Source: Capsulimonadales bacterium (GTDB taxonomy: Bacteria; Armatimonadota; Armatimonadia; Armatimonadales; Armatimonadaceae). From it: a stretch of DNA of 64,000 nucleotides. The number at the start of each line of letters is the position of its first letter. Position 1 is the stretch's first letter. The notes below the pieces were generated by a model. That model saw nothing but the letters and a program-made list of their open reading frames with translations. It was not told where the DNA came from and did not search any database. Location of the stretch: assembly GCA_033762295.1 (NCBI GenBank), contig JANRLW010000078.1, positions 1 through 64,000 of the forward strand, read 5' to 3'. This document shows positions 38,686 to 48,427 of this stretch, in pieces. Position numbers and translations under genes: made by a program.

Positions 38686-40917
38686 ATGACCGCCCGCCTA
38701 TCGCTCCTTCTTTCGGGAATTCTTCTGGTTTCGCTGTCGATGCCGCGCGCGGTCGCTCACTCCGACTTCGCGCAAGGAACCCCGACGATGCTTTCCGCCC
38801 TGCCGCCCCTGACCGAAACCGAACGTAAGCCCGCCGAGGGCGACTGGCTGGTCGCTCCGATAGCGCAGACCGCTCGCGCCGGACGTGGTGACGCCGCCAA
38901 TGAATTGATCCTGACCAACGGGTTGATCCGACGCGTCTGGCGGGTGACGCCGAATGCGGCGACCGTCGCCCTCGACTGCCTGACGACGAAGGAGTCGTTC
39001 GTCCGCGGCGTCAAGCCCGAGGCGAGCCTGACCCTGGACGGAACCGAGTACGCGGTCGGCGGACTGATGGGGCAACCCGACTACGCCTACCTGCGCTCCG
39101 ACTGGATCGACCGGTTGACGGCGGACCCGAAGGCGTTCCGCTGCGTCGGGGTCGCTACCGGGGGCATCGCCGCCCGCTTCCCCTGGAAACAGGCCCGTTA
39201 CGCCTCGAATACGACCTGGCCGCCGCGCGGCGCGAGCGTCACTCTGAAATTCGCCCCGCCCGACGGCCTCCCGCCCGAACTCACCGTGGACGTTCATTAC
39301 GAGATGTACGACGGAATCCCGGTTCTTGCCAAGTGGGTGACCGTGACCAACGGAACCGGAAAGCCGATCCGTCTCAACGCTTTCAAAAGCGAAATTCTGG
39401 CGACCGTCGAACCGGAAGCGTATGTGGAGGAGCCGACCCGGTGGGAATACCCGAACCTGCACGTCGACAGCGACTACGCCTTCCAGGGAATGGACCCGAA
39501 ATCGGCGAGCAAAACGGTCCACTGGGTCCCCGACCCGCAGTACGAAACGCAGGTCAACTATAACCGCAAAACACCGAACCTCCTGGAGTGTCGTCCGCCT
39601 CTCGGACCCGATGTCGATATCGCCCCCGGCACGACCTTTACCACCTTTCGCACCTTCGAACTCCTCTACGATAGCACCGAACGAGAGCGGCGCGGACTGG
39701 CCCTGCGCCGGATGTACCGGGTTCTCGCCCCCTGGGCGACGGAGAACCCGATCCTGATGCACGCCCGGAACGCCGACCCGCAGACGGTCCGGAACGCGAT
39801 CGATCAGTGCGCCGAGGTCGGCTTCGAGATGGTGATCCTCAGTTTCGGCAGCGGTTTCAACATGGAAAGCGAGGACCCGGCCTACCGACGGACGATCCGG
39901 GAACTGGTCGACTACGGACGGAGCAAGGGCGTCGAACTCGGCGGGTACTCACTGCTCGCCAGTCGCCGCATCAACGACGACGAGGATGTGATCCACCCGA
40001 AAACCGGGAAGACCGGGGGCGCGATCTTCGGCAATTCGCCCTGCCTGTGCGGTCGCTGGGGACAGGACTACTTCCGTAAGGTGAAATCCTTCATCGAGGA
40101 GACCTGCCTGCGTCTGGTGGAGCACGACGGTTCCTACCCGGGCGACGTTTGCGCTTCGACCGCGCACCCCGGCCACCGCGGCCTGAATGATTCGCAGTGG
40201 CGGCAGTGGGAGGCGATAACGGATTTCTACCGGTGGTGCCGGGAACGAGGGGTCTATCTCAATGTCCCCGACTGGTACTTCCTGAACGGTTCGAACAAGA
40301 CCGGGATGGGGTACCGGGAGACGAACTGGTCGCTGCCACGAGAGCAACAGTTTATTCTGGGACGTCAGAACATCTACGACGGCACCTGGTTCAAGGCTCC
40401 GAGCATGGGCTGGATGTTCGTCCCGCTGTCCGAGTACCATGGTGGCGGGGCGGCGGCGACGCTGGAACCGCTGAAGGACCACCTCGACGCGTACGGTCAA
40501 CATCTCGCCCAGAACTTCATGTCGGGCGTACAGGCCTGTTACCGTGGTCCGCGCCTCTTCGACTCGCCGGAGACGAAAGCGGTGGTTCGGCGATGGGTCG
40601 ACCTGTATAAAAAGCACCGTCCGCTGCTGGACGCGGATGTGATCCATCTGGCGCGTCCGGACGGACGCAACCTCGACGGTCTGCTGCATGTCGACCCGTT
40701 CGGCAAGGAAAAGGGACTGGCGGTACTGCACAACCCGACGAACGCGCCGATCACGACCGACTATTCCCTTCCGCTTTACTACACCGGCCTGACAAAGACG
40801 GCGCGGATTCGCATCGACGGCGGAAAGCCCCGTTCCTACAAACTCGACCGGACGTACCGGGCGACGGTCCCGCTCACCGTCCCCGCCCACGGCATGACCT
40901 GGCTGCTCATCGAGTAG
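38686..40917 (+). CDS. Secreted alpha-galactosidase-like glycoside hydrolase (GH36-like)
   Basis: Signal peptide, beta-sandwich N-terminus, TIM-barrel-like VGFEMVILSFGSG / EHDGSYPG; family assignment by resemblance. Confidence 0.7.
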   Translation: MTARLSLLLSGILLVSLSMPRAVAHSDFAQGTPTMLSALPPLTETERKPAEGDWLVAPIAQTARAGRGDAANELILTNGLIRRVWRVTPNAATVALDCLTTKESFVRGVKPEASLTLDGTEYAVGGLMGQPDYAYLRSDWIDRLTADPKAFRCVGVATGGIAARFPWKQARYASNTTWPPRGASVTLKFAPPDGLPPELTVDVHYEMYDGIPVLAKWVTVTNGTGKPIRLNAFKSEILATVEPEAYVEEPTRWEYPNLHVDSDYAFQGMDPKSASKTVHWVPDPQYETQVNYNRKTPNLLECRPPLGPDVDIAPGTTFTTFRTFELLYDSTERERRGLALRRMYRVLAPWATENPILMHARNADPQTVRNAIDQCAEVGFEMVILSFGSGFNMESEDPAYRRTIRELVDYGRSKGVELGGYSLLASRRINDDEDVIHPKTGKTGGAIFGNSPCLCGRWGQDYFRKVKSFIEETCLRLVEHDGSYPGDVCASTAHPGHRGLNDSQWRQWEAITDFYRWCRERGVYLNVPDWYFLNGSNKTGMGYRETNWSLPREQQFILGRQNIYDGTWFKAPSMGWMFVPLSEYHGGGAAATLEPLKDHLDAYGQHLAQNFMSGVQACYRGPRLFDSPETKAVVRRWVDLYKKHRPLLDADVIHLARPDGRNLDGLLHVDPFGKEKGLAVLHNPTNAPITTDYSLPLYYTGLTKTARIRIDGGKPRSYKLDRTYRATVPLTVPAHGMTWLLIE

Positions 40918-41542
40918 GCGGTTCCAGGGCACAGGAGGAGGCCATTCCGCGTTTTTCGTAGTAGCGCTGGTGGTACTCCTCGGCGGGTTGGAAGATCGTT
41001 GCCGGACGGATGGCCGTGGCGATGGGACGGGGGGCGCCCTGATATTTGCCGCTCTTCGACAGGGTCCGGAGCGTCTGTTGCGCGATGCTCGCCTGAGCGG
41101 CGTCGTGGGTAAAGATGAAAGAACGGTACTGCCTTCCCATGGCGGAATCGCGGATGCCCGGACGGGTGGTGTCATGGGCGGTGAAGAGAAGGAGGACCAG
41201 TCTTTCGTAGCTTGTCTTCGTCGGATCGAAGGTCACCTCGACGGCCTCGACATGTCCGGTCCGGTCCTGATGAACGCTTTCGTAGGTCGGGTTCGGCGAG
41301 GTCCCGCCGGTGAACCCGACGCGGGTATCGACGACACCCGGCGCTTTCCGAAACGTCTCCTCCACTCCCCAGAAACAGCCCCCGGCGAATGTCGCCTTCC
41401 GCGCGTTTGCCGGAACCGGGAGGCGTTTCGGTCTCTCCAGCCGCTCACCCCGTGGCGCAGCCGTGTCCCGCACGGCGATGGCGAAAAGCCCTGCCATCGT
41501 CGGGACGATCAGCCCAATGAATACCCAAAACTCTCGGCTCAT
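40907..41542 (-). CDS. msrA: Peptide-methionine (S)-S-oxide reductase, membrane-anchored
   Basis: FAGGCFWGVE, TGHVEAV, QYRSFIF, AEEYHQRY. Confidence 0.95.
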   Translation of the reverse strand: MSREFWVFIGLIVPTMAGLFAIAVRDTAAPRGERLERPKRLPVPANARKATFAGGCFWGVEETFRKAPGVVDTRVGFTGGTSPNPTYESVHQDRTGHVEAVEVTFDPTKTSYERLVLLLFTAHDTTRPGIRDSAMGRQYRSFIFTHDAAQASIAQQTLRTLSKSGKYQGAPRPIATAIRPATIFQPAEEYHQRYYEKRGMASSCALEPPTR

Positions 41543-41596
41543 GTTGTTTTCTCCTCTTCCCTATGCAATCGGCAGACTGCGAAAGTTCCCACTCCG

Positions 41597-42424
41597 TCAG
41601 GACAACGCCCGGTCAAAGGCTTTGCGAATCTTCCCGTCCTTGCCGGTGTCGTAGATGGCGAAGAGGATCCGGTCGAACGCTCCGGCGAAACGGCGGTCGC
41701 GAACCGCATCGCGGAAAATCGGAGCGACCTGGTCGGGGTCGTTGCGGAACGCGCCACAGCCCCAGGCTCCGAGAACGACGGTACGGTGCCGATGTGCGGC
41801 GGCAACGGTCAGGACGTAACGGATACGTCGGGCGAAGGTCGGGGCGAGCAGCGGGGCTTCCTGCGGAGAGTTCTTCAGCACGGCGCCCGCATTGGGAGCG
41901 GGCGCGGTGATAAAGGAAGCGTTGAACGGTACTTCGAGCAGGCGGCGTTGCTCATCGCGCAGGAACGGGACCTCCGGCGAGTAGATAACGTGATCGGTGT
42001 AGAGTGCCGACCGCCGGGCCCGGTTCGCATCGTAGTAGGCGGGCTGCCGCAACAGGCAGGGATAAAGCACCGAAGCGCGACACAGGTCCTCCTCTTGCGA
42101 CTTCGCCCCGGTCAGAAATCCCCCGCCCGGGTTCCGCGCTGAAGCAAAGTTAAGGGCGACGACCCCGGCGACCTCCTCGTCAACGACGAGACGACGTAAT
42201 GCCTGTCCGGTGGTTTCGCCCGTTATTTCCAGGGAGGGAACCGATCCTTCCCCCTCCGTACGCTTCGCCAGCAGGTCTTCCAGCGTTTCGGGAGAGTAAA
42301 GGATCGTTCCCAGGCAGGCGGCGGAGAGCGCATCCGCGAACGTGACGGGACGGCCGGACGGGGCAAGATAGCTTCCGGCTTTGAAGAGACCGAGGTTCTC
42401 CTCCGCAAGCTCCGAGAGTGACAT
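41597..42424 (-). CDS. TIGR02452 family bacterial PARG-like macrodomain protein
   Basis: ALNFASARNPGGGFLTGAKSQEEDLCRAS, LGAWGCGAFRNDP. Confidence 0.9.
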   Translation of the reverse strand: MSLSELAEENLGLFKAGSYLAPSGRPVTFADALSAACLGTILYSPETLEDLLAKRTEGEGSVPSLEITGETTGQALRRLVVDEEVAGVVALNFASARNPGGGFLTGAKSQEEDLCRASVLYPCLLRQPAYYDANRARRSALYTDHVIYSPEVPFLRDEQRRLLEVPFNASFITAPAPNAGAVLKNSPQEAPLLAPTFARRIRYVLTVAAAHRHRTVVLGAWGCGAFRNDPDQVAPIFRDAVRDRRFAGAFDRILFAIYDTGKDGKIRKAFDRALS

Positions 42425-42518
42425 AGTGTACCTTTAACACAGATATTTTCGATCACTCTGTCGTCGCGAGGCGGGATTTTACTAAAGGTGGAAATGGGGT
42501 GCCATTCGGCCTGACAAA

Positions 42519-42554
42519 CCCGCTCATGGCATGACTTGGCTCCTCATCGAATCG
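42519..42554 (+). repeat. Relic duplicate of the 3' end of the GH36-like gene (40882-40917)
   Basis: Encodes PAHGMTWLLIE with five third-position synonymous changes and TAG->TCG. Confidence 0.88.
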
Positions 42555-42579
42555 GCAGCGAATGTACGACGGCGTCTTG

Positions 42580-42783
42580 CTACGCCGCCCGACTCTTTGC
42601 TTCCGCCACGGCAGCGTCAATGATCTCATTGACCAACGCCTCGACCTGGGCGGCGACACTGACCCCGTTCGGATCGGGACCTTCGACGAAGTTTACATTG
42701 GCTGCCGCAAAGAGAGCCTGCAGCAGTCCGTAAAGACGTTGTTTGGCATTAACCGCAGGCGGCTGAAAGTTCGGCATTATCAT
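42580..42783 (-). CDS. Small hypothetical protein (67 aa)
   Basis: Strong RBS AAGGTGGAGG before ATG at 42783; AT-rich upstream region. Confidence 0.65.
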   Translation of the reverse strand: MIMPNFQPPAVNAKQRLYGLLQALFAAANVNFVEGPDPNGVSVAAQVEALVNEIIDAAVAEAKSRAA

Positions 42784-42933
42784 AACCTCCACCTTACGGT
42801 ATCATTTTTTTGTTTTCAATTAAAGAGAACAAATAACATTGTTGTTGTGTCTGCCATAGTCATTATTTTCGTTGTCCGTCCCGGTTCCGGGACCTGTTCG
42901 GGTACAGTGGAACGGACGAAGAAGGAGAAAAGC

Positions 42934-43908
42934 GTGGAAACTCGACGGCTGGGAACCAGTGATTTCAATATTTCGGTGCTGGGGTTCGGGGCATGGGCGA
43001 TCGGCGGGTCGGGATGGCGGTTCGCCTGGGGCCATCAGGACGATAAAGACTCGATCGCGGCAATCCATGAGGCATTGGAAGCGGGCATCAACTGGATTGA
43101 TACCGCCGCTGTCTACGGCCTCGGGCACTCCGAGGAGGTGGTCGCCCGTGCCCTCTCGGAGTGGAAGGGAACCCGTCCCTACGTCTTCACCAAATGCGAA
43201 CGCGCCTGGAACGACAGGCGTGAGATCACTCCGAACCTGAAAGCCGATTCGATCCGGCGCGAATGCGAGAACAGCCTGCGCCGTCTGAAAACCGACGCGA
43301 TCGATCTCTACCAGATCCATTGGCCGCAACCGGATGAGGACATCGAGGAGGGTTGGGCCACGCTCGCCGCGCTACGACAGGAGGGTAAGGTCCGCTTTAT
43401 CGGCGTCTCCAACTTCTCCGTCGCCCAGATGAAACGCGCCGGGGCGATTGCGCCGATTACCTCGCTACAGCCCCCCTACTCCCTGATCGAACGTGGCATC
43501 GAGACGGAAATACTGCCGTACTGCCGGGAGCATGCCATCGGCGTCATCGTCTACTCTCCGATGGAGTCCGGTCTGCTCACCGGAACCATGACCCGCGAAC
43601 GGATCGCCGCCCTGCCCGACGACGACTGGCGACGAAATAACCGGGACTTCAAGGAGCCGAACCTGACCCGCAACCTCGAACTGGTGGAGCTTCTGAAGGC
43701 GATCGGCGAGCGGCACGGGCGCAACGCGGGCGAAGTGGCGATCGCCTGGACCCTGCGGCATCCGGCGGTCACCGGCGCGATCGTCGGACTGCGCCGCCCC
43801 GGTCAGACAGCGGGCGTGATCGGTGCCGTCGGGTTCCGTCTCAGCGACGCCGAAACCGACATGATCGAACGCTTCCTGCACGACCATCCCCTCCCCTCCG
43901 GGACCTAA
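42934..43908 (+). CDS. Aldo/keto reductase
   Basis: LGFGAWAIGG, IDTAAVYG, IDLYQIHWP, IGVSNF; GTG after AAGGAG. Confidence 0.95.
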   Translation: METRRLGTSDFNISVLGFGAWAIGGSGWRFAWGHQDDKDSIAAIHEALEAGINWIDTAAVYGLGHSEEVVARALSEWKGTRPYVFTKCERAWNDRREITPNLKADSIRRECENSLRRLKTDAIDLYQIHWPQPDEDIEEGWATLAALRQEGKVRFIGVSNFSVAQMKRAGAIAPITSLQPPYSLIERGIETEILPYCREHAIGVIVYSPMESGLLTGTMTRERIAALPDDDWRRNNRDFKEPNLTRNLELVELLKAIGERHGRNAGEVAIAWTLRHPAVTGAIVGLRRPGQTAGVIGAVGFRLSDAETDMIERFLHDHPLPSGT

Positions 43909-44208
43909 TCCATGGTCCTCATTCTTGCCACGCTCCATTATTTTAATTTATCATTATATTAACAAATATTAAAAACTGTGAAGGTCGGTTTTCGGCGCTT
44001 AATGGCGTCATACGATCAATGATTTCCATGGGAAACCCATTCCCCGTCCCACCCGTGTTATAAAGGGTGAGCAATTACCGCCCCCAAAGATGATAGGCTG
44101 GCTGAAAACGGAATAACCATCGAGTGGCAACAGGCTCCGCACCGCTGGTGCCAGCCATGGAGAATCCGGACAAAACGGACTGCGGAGCCACGTGAAAGGA
44201 GATTCAAA

Positions 44209-44715
44209 ATGAATGCACAACCTACCAACATCCTCCGCGGACTCCCGCTACGCCGACCGTCGGTCCGTCCGATCCTCGCCGCCCTTCTGGGCGCCGCTTC
44301 CCTGACCGGCATCGCCTTTGCCGCAGGGCAGGACGCCTGGCCGAACGTGACGCCCGATACCAGCACTGAGATCCGCCTGGGTGGGGAAGTCATCATGCGT
44401 CTGGAGGATGCCGGGGGCTATTCCGCACAGGAACGCGCCGGGATCATTCGTGAGAGACTGGTGCCCATCCTGGGCATGGTCGAACCGATGGGAGCCAATG
44501 TCCGTGTCTGGCGCGGTCCTGATGACGCCTGGGCCTCCATCTATGTCGGCAATCGGTTGCTGGTCACCGTCACCGAATCGCTTGCCCGGGCCAACAACTC
44601 TCAGCCGTTCGCGCTGGCGCAGTTGTACGCCGACCGTTTTCGCCGTCTGCTGCCGCAGGTAGCCGCCGTCCGTCCGGCTTCACGGAACGGGTTGCCTTCC
44701 TACGGAGAAGGGTAG
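44209..44715 (+). CDS. Secreted hypothetical protein
   Basis: RBS AAGGAG; signal peptide ending AFA. Confidence 0.75.
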   Translation: MNAQPTNILRGLPLRRPSVRPILAALLGAASLTGIAFAAGQDAWPNVTPDTSTEIRLGGEVIMRLEDAGGYSAQERAGIIRERLVPILGMVEPMGANVRVWRGPDDAWASIYVGNRLLVTVTESLARANNSQPFALAQLYADRFRRLLPQVAAVRPASRNGLPSYGEG

Positions 44716-44805
44716 ACACTTCACGGCCCGGCGGCGCTCCGGTTTCCGACCGGGGCGCTGCCGGCGCCCGGACCGAAGGAGGGTGGATTGATGCTGGCCG
44801 TTTCC

Positions 44806-46080
44806 TCATTTCCCGGAGGTCGGGAGGACGGTTTCCTCTCCGTCTCGGAACTCCGAATACAACGTGTGAATCGCCGCCCGCTGCTCCTCCGTCGGAGCGC
44901 ACGCCCGTATCTGCTCGAAACTCTCCCGTAATCGCCGGGAAACCGCCGGATCTTTTCGGACATAATGCCCGATTTCGCGAAAGGCGGTCTGCGCCAGATC
45001 GGTGAACGTGACGGTGGCGGCGACGACGCGCAGGTTTCCGGACGTATCATAACGTCGGCCGGAGGGTATGACTCGCCCCGCCAGGTGACAAAAACCGGCG
45101 GTCAGGCGATCCAGTGCCTGGATCGCCGTAAACGGATCGTTGACGCCCGGAGATAGCGCGCGCACTGCCACCTCGGTCAGTTCCAGAATCAGAAATTCGA
45201 CATCCTGCGGCGCCGTTCGTCGATCTCCCAGCGTCATGGTGTTCCGGATTCTCCGGCCGAAATCTGGGGGAAGCTTCTCCGACGGGGCGATGGAGGCGAT
45301 CTCGCTCCCGGCGATGAGGAACTGTCCCGGCCTTGCCCGCAAACGGATCACGGTTTCCATCTCCTTTGCCAGCTCAAGCACCGATTCACCGTCGATCGCC
45401 ATGATATATCCGCTCCGTTCGGCCAAGATGGACTCCCTGCCCCCCTCCGCCGGTTCGCGTCCTTCCCCGGAGGACGAAGCGACGTCCTCTCTGTCGTCCA
45501 CGCCGACCTCCTCCGGGTAAAGTCGATCGATGGCCTTCTCCAACTCCTCCGCCACCCCGCCGATGACCCTGCTAGCCTGTATGGAAACGGAAACATGATG
45601 AATGAAGTAGACCAGGACACCGATGGAGAGGATTGCCAGGATCATTCCTCCGGTCACCGCAAGATGGGGGACGAAGTAGCTCTCCTCGACACTGCGAACG
45701 GTCCGCAGTACCAGAAGGCAATAGAGAAAGGTTCCGACGAAGGTTCCGAGCACAAACTGATTCCCCGTATCCCGGAGAAACCCTCGTAACAGGCGGGGGC
45801 CGAACTGCGAGCCGGTCAGGGACAGAACGGCGATGGTGATGGTGAAGGTTGTTCCGGCCACCCCGATGACCGACCCGGCGACCGTCGACAGCAGAGCCCG
45901 CGCCCCTTCCGCCCCGCCGGAGAAGATCCATGCGAAGCGGTGCAGGTAATTATCCTCGATGCGTTCATCCAGCAGGATCAGGACGACGGCAAGTCCTCCG
46001 CTCCCGGCCAGTGTCAGCGAAGGGATCCACCAGTACGACGCGCGAAGCGTCTCGTAAAACAGGGAGAAACGCGCCTTCAT
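44806..46080 (-). CDS. DUF2254 family membrane protein
   Basis: SQFGPRLL, VLGTFVGTFLY, RALSPGVNDPFTA. Confidence 0.9.
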   Translation of the reverse strand: MKARFSLFYETLRASYWWIPSLTLAGSGGLAVVLILLDERIEDNYLHRFAWIFSGGAEGARALLSTVAGSVIGVAGTTFTITIAVLSLTGSQFGPRLLRGFLRDTGNQFVLGTFVGTFLYCLLVLRTVRSVEESYFVPHLAVTGGMILAILSIGVLVYFIHHVSVSIQASRVIGGVAEELEKAIDRLYPEEVGVDDREDVASSSGEGREPAEGGRESILAERSGYIMAIDGESVLELAKEMETVIRLRARPGQFLIAGSEIASIAPSEKLPPDFGRRIRNTMTLGDRRTAPQDVEFLILELTEVAVRALSPGVNDPFTAIQALDRLTAGFCHLAGRVIPSGRRYDTSGNLRVVAATVTFTDLAQTAFREIGHYVRKDPAVSRRLRESFEQIRACAPTEEQRAAIHTLYSEFRDGEETVLPTSGK

Positions 46081-47084
46081 CGGTGACCGTCGCGGCTTGC
46101 GTCTTTGCCCGCTCCGCGGAATCCCGGTTCGGCATCCCTTACCGGGTTTTCCGATTGCGAGGCGATCGGGCGCGGGCGCGGCGCTTCGCCTCTGCCCGCC
46201 GGCCATCCCTCGCGTTGCCGTGAACGATCTCCGTCGGTCTCCTCGGTCTGGTCGTGGAAGAGTATCTGGCGGGTCGGAAACGGCAGATCAATGCCGTTTT
46301 CCGTCAGCGCGTTTCGGATAGCCTCGAGGGCGCGATCCTGCACATCCAGCACTTCCCCTTTGCGCGGTTCGCTCCACCATCGCGCCCGGATATTAATGGA
46401 ACTGGCATCCAGCGCAACGACCAGAGCGTCCGGTTCCGGTTCCTGCAGAACGCCGGGCACGCGGCGCAGGGTTCCGAGGATGATTTCCCGTGCGCGCGAA
46501 ATATCGTCCCCGTAACCGATACCGATATCATATTCCGTCCGGCGCATTCCGAAAGCGGTATTGACCACCACCGAGTTTGTGAAAAGGTCGCCGTTCGGAA
46601 TCACCACTCGCCGCCCGTCATAGGTCTTCAACGTGGTTGCCCGGGTATGAATGTCCTCCACCGTGCCCTCGAAGCCGTTGGCGACGATCTGGTCACCGAT
46701 GCGGAACGGTTCGGTCAGCAGAATCAGGATGCCCGAAAGATAGTTCTTGAAGATATCCTGGAACGCGAACCCGATGGCGACACTGCCGATCCCCAGAAAT
46801 TGGATGACCTGAGCCGGTTGAAACGAGGGCAGAACCACGCTCAAAGCAACGAGAAGACCGACGAGCAGGACCGCCCCATTGGCAAGACGCCCCAGCACCA
46901 GTCCCGCCTGCCGCGCCCGCTGATGTCTTTCCGTCAGACGTCGGACCACCAGGCGGAGCGTTTTGCCGATGAAATAGAACGCGATGAAGACGACGACGCC
47001 CAGGATAAAATTCGGCAGCAGCGCGATCAGATCCTGAATCAGGTTACGGGCCGTTCTCCAGGCGACCGAAAAATCAAACTCCAT
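46077..47084 (-). CDS. MscS family mechanosensitive channel
   Basis: GFAFQDIFKNYLSG, PFRIGD, T.L.T.DG..V.IPN, GIDLPFP. Confidence 0.92.
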   Translation of the reverse strand: MEFDFSVAWRTARNLIQDLIALLPNFILGVVVFIAFYFIGKTLRLVVRRLTERHQRARQAGLVLGRLANGAVLLVGLLVALSVVLPSFQPAQVIQFLGIGSVAIGFAFQDIFKNYLSGILILLTEPFRIGDQIVANGFEGTVEDIHTRATTLKTYDGRRVVIPNGDLFTNSVVVNTAFGMRRTEYDIGIGYGDDISRAREIILGTLRRVPGVLQEPEPDALVVALDASSINIRARWWSEPRKGEVLDVQDRALEAIRNALTENGIDLPFPTRQILFHDQTEETDGDRSRQREGWPAGRGEAPRPRPIASQSENPVRDAEPGFRGAGKDASRDGHR

Positions 47085-47237
47085 TTCCCCTCCGACGGAA
47101 CGCCCGAATGTCATTCGACATTCCTGATACCTGTGAAAGGTTGCCGGAAATAAGGCGCAAAAGGACCGTCGCGGGTTCGCCTGACTGTCAGTTTCGTACG
47201 TCACCGGGGACGGGGCAAGGGGTCCCGCCGGGGAGAG

Positions 47238-47495
47238 TTACCGGGTTGTGAGGAACGGGAAGGGGTCGTTCGAGTTTGGCACGACCGTTTTCTCCTTCTC
47301 CATGGTTCGATCCTTCTTCGAACGTCTCCGGCGAGGGGGCGGAACATAGCCGATGTCCGAGATGGCATTGAAAATCCGTCCGGCGGTCTCGCGACCGCAC
47401 ACGCCCAGATCTCCGCTGATTAATCGTGAAACCGTGGCCTGGGAGACACCCGCCCGTTGAGCCACATGTGCCAGTGTCGATCGCTGTTTTCGCAT
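47238..47495 (-). CDS. Stand-alone LacI-type HTH protein (85 aa)
   Basis: TLAHVAQRAGVSQATVSR...IGYVP with no ligand-binding domain; RBS GAGG. Confidence 0.75.
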   Translation of the reverse strand: MRKQRSTLAHVAQRAGVSQATVSRLISGDLGVCGRETAGRIFNAISDIGYVPPPRRRRSKKDRTMEKEKTVVPNSNDPFPFLTTR

Positions 47496-47647
47496 TCCTC
47501 GCCCTTTTTCGCCTGCCGGATCATTCCGCTCCGTCGCTCCGGGCGATTATATCATGATATTAAGAAATTCAAATCTTTTGAGCGTACTTTTGCCTCGACG
47601 GGCGCTCTACTCCCTTTCGTAACGGCAGGAGGGGGGTCGGTTCCCTG

Positions 47648-48055
47648 TCAATCCGTCGTAACCGTGTCCGAGCGCACCGGGCCGGTACTGCCGCCGTTTT
47701 CCGCCGACACCTCTCCCGATCCCTCCGGATCGCCGAACAGGGAATGTACTTCGCAAAACTCCTCGATCAGATTCATTATTCGAACAATACGCGGTCCTCG
47801 AATCCGATAATATCGCGCGACCCCCTGAGGTTCGACCACCAGAACGCCGGAACGCGTCAGAATGCTGAGATGCTGTGAAGCGCCGGATTGACTGATTCCT
47901 AAAGTGGCGGCAATCTCGTTGACCGTTTTCTCTCCCGAACTCAAAAGCTCGACAATTTTCAGACGCGTCGGATGGGATAACGCGCCGAACAAAAGGCTCG
48001 CCCGCTCGCGCGTTTCCTTCCTCAATTTGAGCGGTGGCAACTCTTTTGATAGCAT
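47648..48055 (-). CDS. ArsR/SmtB family regulator
   Basis: FGALSHPTRLKIVELL, SQSGASQHL, RYYRI. Confidence 0.9.
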   Translation of the reverse strand: MLSKELPPLKLRKETRERASLLFGALSHPTRLKIVELLSSGEKTVNEIAATLGISQSGASQHLSILTRSGVLVVEPQGVARYYRIRGPRIVRIMNLIEEFCEVHSLFGDPEGSGEVSAENGGSTGPVRSDTVTTD

Positions 48056-48172
48056 GGCCCATTCTATCAAACCGAAGAGAACACGGGAAGTCGGCACCGA
48101 ACCGGAAGTCGCGTTTCAGATGCAAATCGGTCGCAATGGTATCGTTCGATCATCGGTTCTCTGAACCGGCTC

Positions 48173-48251
48173 AAAAAAAAGCTTCGCCGTCAGGCGAAGC
48201 TCAATCCCGTCGCCGGGTGGCGGTACGAGAGGAGAAATATGAAGAGAGAGT
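48173..48251 (-). ncRNA. Candidate ~80-nt sRNA or attenuated leader
   Basis: TATAAT at 48263-48258, CU-rich 5' part, terminator AGCTTCGCC-TGAC-GGCGAAGCT followed by a T-run. Confidence 0.55.
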
Positions 48252-48427
48252 GATGATATTATACCCCATGACTCAAAATCTTATAATATAATACGTTATT
48301 AATATTTAACGCGCCGCCCGGCCATCGTTGGCAAACGGGCAACTCTTTCCGCTCCGGACGGTCTAATTAGTCGCCAAACCGGGGCAGGATCGATACCGCT
48401 TCCTGTCCTGATCGGTAGAATGCTCGT

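Noticed and set aside
42562..42933. N-terminal extension of the aldo/keto reductase ORF
   Set aside because: Overlaps a minus-strand small gene and an AT-rich promoter; RBS supports GTG at 42934.
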